Origin: Anaeramoeba ignava BMAN
Lineage: Eukaryota; Protista; Anaeramoebae
Assembly (NCBI GenBank): GCA_028826165.1
Contig: JAPDFW010000061.1
Span: 310,001 to 374,000, forward strand
DNA length: 64,000 nt
Direction of reading: 5' to 3'
Part shown: positions 13,525 through 27,100 of the stretch, piece after piece
Numbering within the stretch: the first letter of the stretch is position 1
Layout: the number at the start of each line of letters is the position of its first letter
Program-made: the position numbers and the translations under genes
The notes under the pieces: generated by a model
The model's input: the letters and a program-made list of their open reading frames with translations, nothing else
The model's database searches: none
What the model was told of the DNA's origin: nothing

Positions 13525-14912
13525 ATGAACATTTGGAAAATAATCTCTTTATTGATAGTCATTCAATTTATCATGGCCACAGCAACAGAACCATTAGTTT
13601 TAATCGGAGGAGCATTAGCAGATGAAAACGAAGCAATTTATCAGCAAATTATCAATTTTGGAGGAGGAAATCAAAAAGCAAGAATTGGAGTGATAACTGC
13701 TGGATCAGATCCTCAAGATGCAAAAGCAAATGCAGAATACTATTGTAATCTTTTCAGAGGTTATGGTGTTTACGATTGTTCTTGGATTCCTATTGATTTA
13801 GATCATAAAGAAAATAATCAAGATCCACAAGTTCTTTCTTTAATAGCTCAAATGACAGCTTTTTTTTTTGTTTGTTTTTGCCAATTCAAAATTCATTTTA
13901 AATTTTAAAATAAAAATTTAACATTTTAAAATTAAATATGAAAATTAGGGAGGAGGAGATCAAGAAAGAATTAGTGAATGCTTTTTTAATTCACACGAAG
14001 ACTCTCCTGCATTATCTTTAATCCGTAAACTTCATACAGAACAAAATGTTGTGATTTCTGGTTCAAGTGCAGGAACTACAATAATGCAAGGAAATTATAT
14101 GGTTACTGGAGGTGAAAGTTATAATGCAGTAACTCAAGACAAACCTCATTCTTATATCGATGATAACTATCCTGATGATCTTAGTTATGATCCTTATCCT
14201 GGGTTTAACATTTTCACTTTAGGTTTACTTGATACTCATTTTTCTCAAAGAGGTAAACAGCGAGAATTCCTTTTTCATTAACATCAAAAAAAAAGAAAAT
14301 TGAATCAAAAAAATTTCCCTTTTTTTTTGGTCTTTAGGAAGAGAAGGAAGAATGATTAGATTGTTAGATTTTTCAAGAATTTCTTATGGATTCGGAATTG
14401 ATGAAAATACTGCTTTAGTTATTAATGGAACCAAAGGAAAAGTTATAGGAGAAGGAGGAGTTTGGGTATTCAACATGAAAAAAATAAATGAAAAAAAAGA
14501 TGAATTGAGGGCAAGCGATTGGGAAATTGATAATGTTCTTGGATCTTATTTAACACTTGATGATGAATATGACTTCACAACAAATTCAATCACTTTTGCA
14601 AGTTGGAAGAGTTCTTTATATGGAAGAGAAATTCATAATCATCCAATGACACCTACTGATGATATTTTTAGTAGTCCCAATAACTCAGAATTAAAAGACA
14701 GAAGAAACCCAAATGAAATGGAAATTGTTTCTTGTGATCTTTTTGATAGTAAAGGATCTGATACTTATGGATTGACTTATGAAGATGATCCTACTTATGA
14801 AGTTGATTTGACAAAAGATAGAGATCAAGGAGCTGATGGTTATCAAGGATATTTTAATGACATTAATTATTATGCCTTCGAAAATTTAAAAATTGATATT
14901 TTCCGTTATTAA
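13525..14912 (+). CDS. Secreted cyanophycinase-like serine peptidase (S51); exons 13525-13869, 13949-14252, 14338-14912
   Basis: Spliced product contains LVLIGGA, FFFGGGDQ, GSSAG (nucleophile Ser), DTHFSQRGREGR (His) and GFGIDENTAL (Glu). Both GT-AG introns restore conserved motifs in frame. Hydrophobic N-terminal signal peptide. Confidence 0.9.
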
Positions 14913-14989
14913 AGCAAAAATTATTTTTTTCATTTTTTTGCTTTTCATTTTTTTTCAATTCAATTCAATAAAAAAAAAATTTTCGAAGA

Positions 14990-17900
14990 ATGAACATTTG
15001 GAAAATAATTGAAGAAAACAATATCCAAAAATTAAAAGAAATTAAAACAATTCAAGAAAATGATTTAGAAACAAATAAAAAACCAATTTTACATTTTGCA
15101 ATAGAAAAACAAGTTTCAAAAGAAATGATTGAAATTTTAATTTCAAAAGGAGCAAATATAAATTCTATTGATAAAAAAAGAAGAAATTCATTACATATTG
15201 CAATTAAAAATAATTCACCAATCCAAATTATCAAATATTTAATTTTGAAAGGAATTGATATTAATTCAAAAACAAATCAAGATGAAACTGCTTTACATAT
15301 TGCTTGTCAAAATCAAAATATTTCAATTAAAGTTATCAAATTTTTAATTTCTAAAGGAATTGATATTAATTCAACAACAAATCAAAATAAAACCGCTTTA
15401 CATATTGCTTGCCAAAATCCAAATATTTCGATTAAAGTCATAAAACTTTTAATTTCTAAAGGAATTGATATTAATTCAAAAACAAATGATGACAAAACAG
15501 TTTTACATTTTGCTTGCTTAAATCGAAATTCAATCATTTCATTTCAAATTATCAAATATTTACTTTCAAAAGAAATTGATATTAATACAAAAACAAAATA
15601 TCAAAATAAAACTGCTTTGCATTATGCTTGTCAGTATAATTCATTCCAAATTATCAAATTTTTAATTTCAAAAGGAATTGATATTAATTCAAAAACAAAT
15701 CAAAATGAAACTGCTTTGCACTTTGCTTATTTAAATAACAATCCAAATATTTCAATTCAAATTATTGAATATTTAATTTTGAAAGGAATTTATATTAATT
15801 CAGAATCAGATAAAAACAAAGAAATTTTGAATTTTGCTTGCCAAAACACATCAATTCAAATTATCAAAAATTTAATTTCATCAGGAATTGATATTAATTC
15901 AAAAACAAAAGACCAAAATCGAACAGCTTTGCATGTTGCTTGCCAAAATAATTCAGAAATTGAGACTATTAAATATTTAATTTCAAATGGAATTGATATT
16001 AATTCAAAAACATATCAAAATGAAACTGCTTTGCATATTGCTTGTTCAAATCCAAATATTTCAACTAAAATTATTGAATATTTACTTTCAAATGGAATTG
16101 ATATTAATTCAAAAACAAACCAAAATGAAAATGCTTTGCATTATGCTTGCCAATATAATCCAATTCAAATTATTAAATATTTAATTTCAAAAGGAATTGA
16201 TATTAATTCAAAAACAAACCAAAATGAAACTGCTTTGCATATTGCTTGCTTAAATTACAACATTTCAATTCAAATTATCGAATATTTACTTTCAAAAGGA
16301 ATTAATATTAATTCAAAAACAAACCATAATCAAACAGCTTTGCATTTTGCTTGTAGAAACTCTAATATTAAAATTGAAATTATTGAATTTTTAATTTCAA
16401 AAGGAATTAATATCAATTCAAAAACAAACCAAAATGAAACAGCTTTGCATTTTGCTTGTTTAAATCCTAATATTAAAATTGATATTATTGAATTTTTAAT
16501 TTCCAAAGGAATAGATATTAATTCAAAAACAAATCATAAACAAACAGCTTTGCATTTTGCTTGTAGAAACTCTAATATTAAAATTGAAATTATTGAATTT
16601 TTAATTTCAAAAGGAATTAATATCAATTCAAAAACAAACCAAAATGAAACTGCTTTGCACTTTGCTTATTTAAATAACAATCCAAATATTTCAATTCAAA
16701 TTATTGAATATTTAATTTTGAAAGGAATTTATATTAATTCAGAATCAGATAAAAACAAAGAAATTTTGAATTTTGTTTGCCAAAAACACATCAATTCAAA
16801 TTATCAAAAATTTAATTTCAAAAACTGAGACAATTAAAAATCAAACTTTGTTACATATTGCTTGCTCAAATTCTAATATTAAAATCGATACTATTGAATA
16901 TTTACTTTCAAAAGGAATTAATATTAATTCAAAAACAAATCAAAACGAAACTCCTTTACATATTGCTTGTTTAAATCCAAATATTAAAATCGATATTATT
17001 GAATATTTAATTTCAAAAGGAATTGATATTAATTCAAAAACATATCAAAATGAAACATTTTTACATATTTATTTGAAAAATCCAAATATCAAGTTTGATA
17101 TTATTGAATATTTAATTTCAAAAGGAATTGATATTAATTCAAAAACAAATCAAAATGAAACTCCTTTACATATTTATTTGAAAAATCCAAATATTAAAAT
17201 TGATATTATTGAATATTTAATTTCAAAAGGAATTGATATTAATTCAAAAACAAATCAAAATGAAACATTTTTACATCTTTATTTGAAAAATCCGAATATT
17301 TCACTTGATATTATTGAATATTTAATTTCAAAAGGAATTGATACTAATTCAAAAACAAATCAAAATGAAACTCCTTTACATATTTTTCTGAAAAATCCAA
17401 ATATTAAAATTGAAATTATTGAATATTTAATTTCAAAAGGAATTGATATTAATTCAAAAACATATCAAAATGAAACATTTTTACATCTTTATTTGAAAAA
17501 TCCTAATATTTCACTTGATATTATTGAATATTTAATTTCGAAAGGAATTGATATTAATTCAAAAACAAAAGATCAAAAACAAAATTCTTTGCATATTGCT
17601 TGTTCAAATCCAAATATTTCATTTGAAATTGTTGAATATTTAATTTTGAAAGGAATTACTGTTAATTCAAAAACAATTGATAATGAAACAGCTCTACATT
17701 ATTTTTGTGTAAATCCAAATGTTTCTATTGATATTATTAAATATTTAATTTATAAAGGAATTGATATTAATTCAAAAACAATATATGAAAATCAAACTGC
17801 TTTACATATTGCTTGTTCAAATCCAAACATTTCATTCGAAATTATTGAATACTTAATCTATAAAGGAATTGATATTAATACAAGAACAATTCAAAATAAA

Positions 17901-20580
17901 ACAGCTTTACATTTTGCTTGCCAGTATAACGATCTTGAAATTATTGAATATTTAATTTCGAAAGGAATTGATATTAATGGAAAAACAGATGACGAGGAAA
18001 CAATTTTGCATTATGCTTGTAAAAATGCAAGGTTTTCAATTGAAATTATTGAATATTTAATTTCAAAAGGAATAATTATTAACTCCAAAACAAATGAAAA
18101 TGAAACAGTTCTACATTATGCTTGCTTAAATCCAAATATTTCTGTTGAAATAATTGAATATTTACTTACAAATGGAATCAATATTGATTCAACAAGAAAA
18201 GAAAAAGAAACAATCTTACACTATGCTTGCCAAAATCCAAATATTTCAATCCAAGTAATCGACTATTTAATTTCCAAAGGAATTTATATCCATTCAAAAA
18301 CATATAACAATCAAACAGGCCTACATATTGCTTGCCAAAATTCAAATATTTCATCCCAAATTATTGAATTTTTAATTTTGAAAGGAATTGATATTAATTC
18401 AAAAACAATATATGAAAATGAAACAGCTTTACATATTGCTTGTCAAAATCCAAATATTTCATTCCAAATTATTAAATATTTAATCTCAAAAGGAATTGAT
18501 ATTAATTCAAAAACAAATCAAAATGAAACAGCTTTACATATTGCTTGTCAAAATCCAAATATTTCATTCCAAATTATTAAATATTTAATCTCAAAAGGAA
18601 CTGATATTAATTCAAAAACAAATCAAAATGAAACAGCTTTACATATTGCTTGTCAAAATTCAAATATTTCATTCCAAATTATTGAAATTTTAATCTCAAA
18701 AGGAATTGATATTAATTCAAAAACAAATAAAAACGAAAATGCTTTACATATTGCTTGCCAAAACCCAAATATTTCATTTCAAATTATTGAATTTTTAATT
18801 TTGAAAGGAACTGATATTAATTCAAAAACAAATCAAAATGAAAATACTTTACATATTGCTTGTAAAAATCCAAATATTTCATTTCAAATTATTGAATTTT
18901 TAATTTTGAAAGGAATTGATATTAATTCAAAAACAAATCAAAATGAAAATGCTTTACATATTGCTTGTCAAAATCCAAATATTTCATTTCAAATCATTGA
19001 ATTTTTAATTTTGAAAGGAATTAATATTAATTCAAAAACAAATCAAAATGAAACAGCTTTACATATTGCTTGCCAAAACTCAAATATTTCATTTCAAATT
19101 ATTGAATTTTTAATTTTGAAAGGAATTGATATTAATTCAAAAACAAATCAAAACGAAAATGCTTTACATATTGCTTGTAAAAATCCAAATATTTCATTTC
19201 AAATTATTGAATTTTTGATTTTGAAAGGAATTAATATTAATTCAAAAACAAATCAAAATGAAACAGCTTTACATATTGCTTGTAAAAATCCAAATATTTC
19301 ATTTCAAATTATTGAATATTTAATTTCCAAAGGAATTGATATTAATTCAAAAACCAATAAAAAAGAAAATGCTTTACATATTGCTTGCCAAAAATCCAAA
19401 TATTTCATTCCAAATTATCGAATATTTAATTTTGAAAGGAATTAATAATATTTCAAAAACCAATAAAAAAGAAAATGCTTTACATATTGCTTGTCAAAAT
19501 CCAAATATTTCATTCCAAATTATCGAATATTTAATTTCAAAAGGAATTGATATTAATTCAAAAACAAATCAAAACGAAAATGCTTTACATATTGCTTGTA
19601 AAAATCCAAACATTTCCCTCAAAATTATTGAATATTTAATTTCCAAAGGAATTAATATTAATTCAGAAACAGATGAATATGAAACTCCTCTTTCACTTTC
19701 TGTAGAAAATAAAAATTCAACATTAATCAAATTATTGATCATCAATGATGCAAGCATTTTAGGTTTGAAAATACAACCAACAACTCAACTAATTATTGAT
19801 ATCTTCTCAAGAATTTATTCAATTAATGAAGATTTAAACAAATTATTAAATTCAAACGAAAATGAAAGTGAAAATTTTTCAGATTTCCCAATCGAATCAA
19901 ATGATGGTTTCAAATTCAAAGTTCATTCATTAATTTTATTGGCAAGATTTGATAACAATTATACAATTTTACATAAATTCATCAGTAAATGTAAACAAAA
20001 ACCACAAAAAGATGTTCAAGCTGCTTTAAATTTCTTATATACTGGATTTGATGATTTTGAAAAATTCATTCAAAAATTCAACAAATATATCCAACAATTC
20101 CAGAAACCAAAAGAAAGGATGTTCAAATTTGAAAAAAAGGAAATTAACGATGAAACAATTTTCAAAGAAATTGGATTTGATTCAAAATGGATTAAATCGA
20201 AAAAAGGGATAAAAGGAATATTGAAAGATTTCCATAAATTATATGAAAATGAATCAACAAAAGATTTTACAATAATTTGTGGAGAAGAAGAAAAGGGAAT
20301 TAAAGTTCATAAATTAATATTAATAATAAGAAGCGAATTATTCAAAGGAATGTTTTTAAGTGTTCAAGACTCATCAAATCAAGTTCATGACTATTCAGGA
20401 AAATCATTTGAAACATTAAATCAATTAATTTATTTTCTTTATCATGATGAATTTAATTGCGAATCGAAAGATGTTAATTACAAAATTATTAAAGAATTGG
20501 AGGATATCAAAGGTTATTATTTATTAAATCAAAATTCAACAATTGATTTCCTTTTAAAAGATTTAAAAGAATTTAATTAA
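14990..20580 (+). CDS. Very long ankyrin-BTB-BTB protein, copy A4 (roughly 45 repeats; frameshifts near 16785, 19393)
   Basis: Homogenised 35-aa repeats (NETALHIACQNPNISFQIIEFLILKGIDINSKTNQ) then BTB-BTB; both breaks are an extra A in caaaaa. Confidence 0.88.
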
Positions 20581-20630
20581 AAGAAATTATTTTTTCATTT
20601 TTTTCTTTTTTCATTTTCAATAAATTCGAA

Positions 20631-23023
20631 ATGGATCAAACAACTAAAAATTCAAACCTTCTCATTTCATGTGAAAAAAGTTCATTAAGTGATATTAAAT
20701 TATTAATTGAGCAAGGTGCAAATATCAATAGCAAAAATATATACAATCAATCAGTTTTCCATTTAGCTTGCAGAAATAGCAATGAAAATTCATTTGAAAT
20801 TATCAAATATTTAATTGAAAATAATGCAGATGTTAAATCTAAAGCAAATACAAATCAAACTCCTCTTCATTATGTTTGCAGGTATCAACAAAATGAAAAT
20901 TCACTTGAAATTATCAAATATTTAATTTCAAAAGGAGTTAATATAAATGATAGAAATAATGAAGATGAAACACCTTTGCATTTAGCTTGTCGATATCAAC
21001 AAAATGAAAATTCATTTGAAATTATCAAATATTTAATTGAAAATAATGCAGATATGAAAGCTAAAACTAAATGGGATGATACAATATTGCATTATGTTTG
21101 CAGATATCAACAACATGAAAAATTACTTGAAATTATCCAATATTTAATTTCAAAAGGAGTCAATATAAATGATAGAAATAATGAAGATGAAACACCTTTG
21201 CATTTAGCTTGTCGATATCAACAAAATGAAAATTCATTTGAAATTATCAAATATCTAATTGAAAATAATGCAGATATGAAAGCTAAAACTAAATGGGATG
21301 ATACAATATTGCATTATATTTGCAGATATCAACAACATGAAAAATTACTTGAAATTATCCAATATTTACTTTCGAAGGGAGCAACACAAACTATCAACTC
21401 CAAAAACATTCATTATGAAACTCCTCTTCATTATGTTTGCCAATACAAACAAAGCAAGAATTCATTTGAAATTATGAAATATCTCATTTCAAAAGGAGCT
21501 GACACAAACATATCAACTGTCAAAGGACAAACACCATTGCATTATGCCTGCAGATATAATTTGATTGAAAATATCAAATTATTAGTTGAGAATGGATCAG
21601 ATATAAACAAAATCAGTACACAGAATGAAACAGTACTACATTATGTTTGCAGATATCAACAAAATGAAAATTCACTTGAAATTATCAAGTATTTAATTTC
21701 AAAAGGAGTTGATCTTAATGTTCAAACCAAAGAAAATTACGAAACACCTTTGAATTATGCTTGCCAATATCAACAAAATGAAAAATCTTTAGAGATTATC
21801 AAATATTTGGTTGAAAATGGAGCACATATCAATGGTGATAATAATGTAGATGAAAAACCTTTACATCTAGTTTGTAGACATCAAAAAAAAGAAAAAGCAC
21901 TTGAGATTGCCAAATTTCTTCTTGATAACGGAGCTAATATAAACACTAAAACTAATTTTGGGAATGTCACACCTTTGCATTTTGCTTGCGAACAAAATTA
22001 TTCCGATCTCATCATATACTTGATTAAAAAAGGTGCGGAGACTAATGCAAAGGCTTTTATAAAACAAACACCTTTACAAATTTCAATCCAGAAAAACAAT
22101 CCAAAGATCATCAAATTACTGATAATGAATGAAGCCAATATTTTTGATTTGAAAGCTTCCGAAATCACAGAAGAAATGATTGAATTTTTTCCTAAAATTT
22201 ATTCAATTAATGAAGATTTAAACAAGTTTATGAAATTAGATGATAATTTTTCAAAGATTTCCAAATCAAATCCAATGATTCTACAATATTCCATATTCAT
22301 AAATCATTTCTTTTATTAAGATTTGATAATAATCAATCAATTTTGCAAAAATTTATCAATATTTGTAACAGAAAACCCAAATTAGTTGTTCAAATTGCCT
22401 TAAATTTTCTTTATACAGGATTTCCTGATTTTGATCATTTCCTTCAAAAAATTCATTCTTCTATTGATTATACAAATAAACTAAAACAAGTTGAAAAAGA
22501 ATATCAATTTGCATTTTATCGCAGAGTTCGTAATGAAAAAGAAAAGAAAATTGATCAATTGAAAAAGAAAAGAAAAAAGGAAATGGAAACTGAATATGAT
22601 GAAAAACAATTTATGGAAGAATTTTTCAAAGAAATGGGATTTGATTCAAAATGGATTGAATTGAAAAAGGGAAGAAGAGGAATATTGAAAGATTTACAAA
22701 AATTATATCAAAATGAATCAACAAAAGATTTTACAATAATTTGTGGAGAAGAAGAAAAGGGAATTAAAGTTCATAAATTAATATTAATAATAAGAAGTGA
22801 ATTATTCAAAGGAATGTTTTTAAGTGTTCAAGATTCATCAAATCAAGTTCATGACTATTCAGGAAAATCATTTGAAACATTAAATCAATTAATTTATTTT
22901 CTTTATCATGATGAATTTAATGAAAAAGAAATTAATCAAGAAGAATTTGAAGATGTTAAAGATTATTATCAATTAAATGAAAATTCTATAATTGATTTCC
23001 TTTTAAAAGATTATAATCAATAA
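20631..23023 (+). CDS. Ankyrin-BTB-BTB protein, copy A5 (frameshift near 22250)
   Basis: 37-aa ankyrin repeats with a near-exact 222-bp internal duplication; the C-terminal BTB2 is almost identical to A1/A3. Confidence 0.88.
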
Positions 23024-23083
23024 AATTTAAAATTAAAATAAATTTTATTGAAATTAACAAAATGGATTTTTTTGTTTTTTAAA

Positions 23084-24027
23084 TTAATTTTTGAAAGAAA
23101 ATCCAAGAAAATTAAATGCTTCATTAATTGATCTCTGTTCAACATATTGAAATTGAAAACCTGAAGCAAGAATTGATTCTTCTGTTTGTTTTTCGTTTTG
23201 TTCTTGTTTATCCCTAATTAAATCAAATCAAATCAAATTAAATTAAATCAATCAAATTAAATCAAATCAAATCAATTTAAAATCGAATCAATTTAAAATA
23301 TTCAATTCAATTCAATATTCAAATTATTTCAAATTATTTCAAATTATTTCAAATTATTTCAAATTATTTCAAATTATTTTAATAAAATTAAATTAATTGA
23401 ATAAATACATCCCAGTATTTAAAGTAACTAAATTCTTTTTTGGTATTTCTTGATGCTCTTTTGGAACCAAATTTTGAGGTTTATAATCAAATTTTTTTGG
23501 TTCTTTTTCTTTAGGTTTTTTTGAATGAATTTTTGTATTTATTATTGCTTGAGCTTGTTGATTTCTACGTTGTCTTCTTTTATTTTTAATTTCTTCTTCT
23601 TGTCTTTTCATTTCTTCTCTATTTCTATTAACTTTTTCTTTTTCTTCTTCTCTTTTTTTCTTTACTTTTTGTTTTTCTAAAATCTTTAAAAAATTTTGAG
23701 AAAATTCGAATTTAAACTTAAATTTAAATTAAATTTTTCAATAAAAATCAATCCAAACTTGTTTTTTTTCATTTTCAATTATTATTTTCTCATTTTCCTT
23801 TCTGTAATTTGCAATTTTTTTATTTAATTCTTCTGGTTCGATTGCATTTGTTTTTTGATAAACTATTTTTATCCTTAAATAAAATGAAGAAAATTTTTTA
23901 AACAGAAAAAAATACTTATTTCTTCAAGTTCTTCTAAATAATCATTATATTCTCTTAAATTTGAAAAATTATCTTTTGTTTTATTAAAAGTTTTAAAAAG
24001 ATCTCTTCTTATTTTTGTTTCATTCAT
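23084..24027 (-). CDS. MNAT1: CDK-activating kinase assembly factor MAT1 lacking the N-terminal RING; exons 24027-23916, 23862-23759, 23683-23409, 23213-23084
   Basis: Spliced protein MNETKIRRDLFKTFNKTKDNFSNLREYNDYLEELEEII matches the MAT1 core (IRK..YNK.E.DF.SLREYNDFLEEVEEI). C-terminal LASGF..VEQRSINEAF matches the MAT1 tail. Three in-phase GT-AG introns. Confidence 0.85.
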
Positions 24028-24130
24028 TTTTTTTTTTAAAAAGGAAAAAAAAAAATAAAAAATAAAATTATTTTTTTAATTTTTTTTTTCATTTTTTTTC
24101 ATTTTTTAAATCTTTTTTTTTTTATCAAAA
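24028..24130. promoter_or_regulatory. Compact divergent promoter region between MAT1 and Furry
   Basis: 103 bp between opposing ATGs; double TCATTT at 24081-24107 facing Furry. Confidence 0.6.
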
Positions 24131-27100
24131 ATGAATAACGAAAAACAAGAAACAATTAATAGTATATTATTAAAATCAATGATGTCTCGTTTTTGTTCCA
24201 AAGCGGATCAAATATTAGAAGATAATTTTCCTTTTGTAAATAAAAACAAAATAAATCAAAACGAAATAAGATTTTTTTTTCTTAATTCATTTTAAATTAA
24301 AAATCCAAAAAAAAAAAAAAAATTTCATAAATAAATAAAAAAAAAGGAACAACAAGTTGATAATGTTTCTCAAATTCTAAAATCTTCAGAGTTTTCTCCT
24401 TTTCTTGAATCACTTTCTATTTTAGCAAAACATGATTTAACTTTTGCTGTATTTAATTTATTAGAATGGCAAAAAAAAGCAACAAGTTATGAAATTCTTT
24501 CAAATTTAATAACTGAATTACAACAAAAAAATAATGGGTAATTTGCACAAAATATTTTGATTAATTTAATAAAGAAAATTTTTAATGAAAAATTTTCAAT
24601 CCAAAAAAAAAATTTTATATTCAATAAATCATCTTTTTAGGAAATTAATTGAAGAGAAAGAATCTAAACAAATCAAAAATGAAAGAAAGGTATTTATAAA
24701 AATAAATAAAATTTAAATTTAAAATTAAAATTAAAAAATAAAATTAAAATTTAAAAAATAGTTTTTTGTTAATTGCATATTTTCTAAAGCAATTATTGTT
24801 ACACTTAAAGAAAATTTAGACAGATTACAACCACATTTAATAACATTAGTTATTGATTTTTCTGTTACCAGACTTAATGAATTAAGCACATTTATCAATG
24901 TTTCATTGACATATGATGTAGAAATTATCAATAAGAATTTTTTATGGAAAAATTGTGTTCAAATTTTACAATTTTTATGCTATCATGATTTTACTCTTGT
25001 GGAAAAATTTTTTAATAATAATATCAAGCAAAAAACTAGTGATAATCAAACATGGCTTAAAACAATGAACCATATAATTCTTCCATTTAATTCAGATTCC
25101 AATTCAAAAGCATCACTAACATTTCTGCAAAGATCAATCAAGGAAATTTTCGATAAAAAAAATGCGCTTCATTTGGTTCAATTAAACTCTTTTAATGAAA
25201 TTATATTCCATCTCTCAAAAACACAAATCCCAGATATTTATAAGAAAAGTTTGAATGAATTACTTCAACCACTTGCGATCGATATCAAAAAAAAATTGAA
25301 GAAAAAAAATAAGGATTTGTTAGTTAGCTCTTTGGTCTCCATTTCATCAATTTCAGATGGGCATTTTATCAAACAATACGAGGGATTAATGAGTGATTCA
25401 ATTTCTTTAAGGAATAAAAAGAAAACTGCAATAACTGGAATCAAGTGTTTAACCAAAATTGCTTCCAAAATTGCATCCAGTTTAAATAACTCTCAAGTTT
25501 CCAAAGAAAAAATACAAAAAATTTCTGCAGCCATCTTCTTTTCTGGGAAATCTCTTAATTTAGGACCCATTCCTGAATATGAACCTCTTGATGATTTTAT
25601 GGATGTTATTTTTGATTTTGATCCTCATTTCGCGGTTCAGAACATTATAAAGGAGCTTTTGAAACAGGAAAATACAAATAAAATTTATGTTGGAACTAGA
25701 TTTTTATACTCTTTCATCCGAAAATTTTCACATTCCGATGAAAACAGTAAAGTTCCCAAAATGGAACAAGAAAAATTCAATGATCTACTTGATTTAGTTT
25801 CTTCAGAAATGAAGAATTTATGCACAAAATACTCGAACATTTGGGGAATGATTTTAGATTTTAATCAAACTAAAAATATAGAAGGTATTTTAAATATTTA
25901 TTTTTATATTTATTTTTATATTTATATTTATGTTTTAAATATTTCTTCAAAGATCTTGTTGCTAAAGATAAAATCATTGAGCTCAGAATCTTACAAAATT
26001 GCATTCGATGCATTCCTGAAATTTTACCTCAAAAAGCATTTACAATCTTAAGCCAATTAACATTTCATCTTGATACAGAAATATCAAGAACAGCATTTAA
26101 AACAATGAAAAAGCTTTTAAAAAATTCAAATTATCCTTTGATTGTTATCCATATATTTTTTCATTTTCTCTTTACAATTATTGACAATCAACAAGCTATT
26201 CTTAATGGATTAGAAATGATTGAATCATTAATCTCGAAATGGATCAAAAACATTACAGAAATTCAAAAAGCAGCTGGATTAACTCCTCAATTACAATATC
26301 CAAAAAATGAGTTGATTGCTCTTGAAAATAATATTTTGAAAGAAAAATCCGAAATCACCCTATCTCATATTGAAGTTGATTCATTGTTTTTTATTTCAAA
26401 TTCGGAAACTAATACAAGAGCAAAAGCTTTTAATTTACTAAAACAAATTGATGAACTTTATAATTTTTTTGGAAAAGATCAAGAAAGTAAGTTTGATTAT
26501 TTTTATTTCTTTTGTTCATTTTGAAAAATATAAACAAAATATAAACAAAAATTTTAGATTCTTCTGTATTTTCTCAATTCAAATCAAAATTTCAAGAAAC
26601 AATTTTAAAATCTTATCGAAGATCTCCAAAAATTATATCAGTTAAAGAAGTATTTATTCTTTTTGATTGAAAAATCCAAAAACAAAAACAAAAACAAAAA
26701 CAAAAACAAAATTTTTAATTTTTATTCATTTAGTTTTTACAAGATATTCAAGAAAATTCAATTACAATTCAAGATGTTTTCTGCAAAAAATTTCAAGAAT
26801 CACGTCCTTTATTTTTAAATTGTTATTCTTATCTTCTTCAAAATTTAGAAATGGATAAATATTTTTTATCTTTCCTTTTTAATCTTGTAAAAAAAAAAAA
26901 GAAAAGTTTATCAAATATTAATGAAAGAAAAAAGAAGAAAATTTAACAAAAATTTTTCGAATTAATTTATTAGTTTTCTGAAAGAGCAATTTTTTTACAG
27001 AATGAAATTACCAAAAAAATTCCCAAACCTTTTCCAATATCTTTTAAACTTAAGCTTATACATTGGTATAATTGCACATCTTTAGCATGTTCAGTATCTT

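Noticed and set aside
13525-14912. Bacterial contamination as the source of the cyanophycinase
   Set aside because: Two spliceosomal introns, a host-type promoter and AT-rich codons.
18400-19640. CRISPR-like or DGR-like repeat array
   Set aside because: The 105-bp units are in-frame ankyrin codons with no spacers, and no Cas or reverse transcriptase gene is present.
5068-22255. Programmed frameshifting or pseudogenisation of the ankyrin-BTB genes
   Set aside because: Every break is an indel in an A or T run, in both directions, and sister repeats show the intact form. No in-frame nonsense decay. Best explained as long-read or polishing error.
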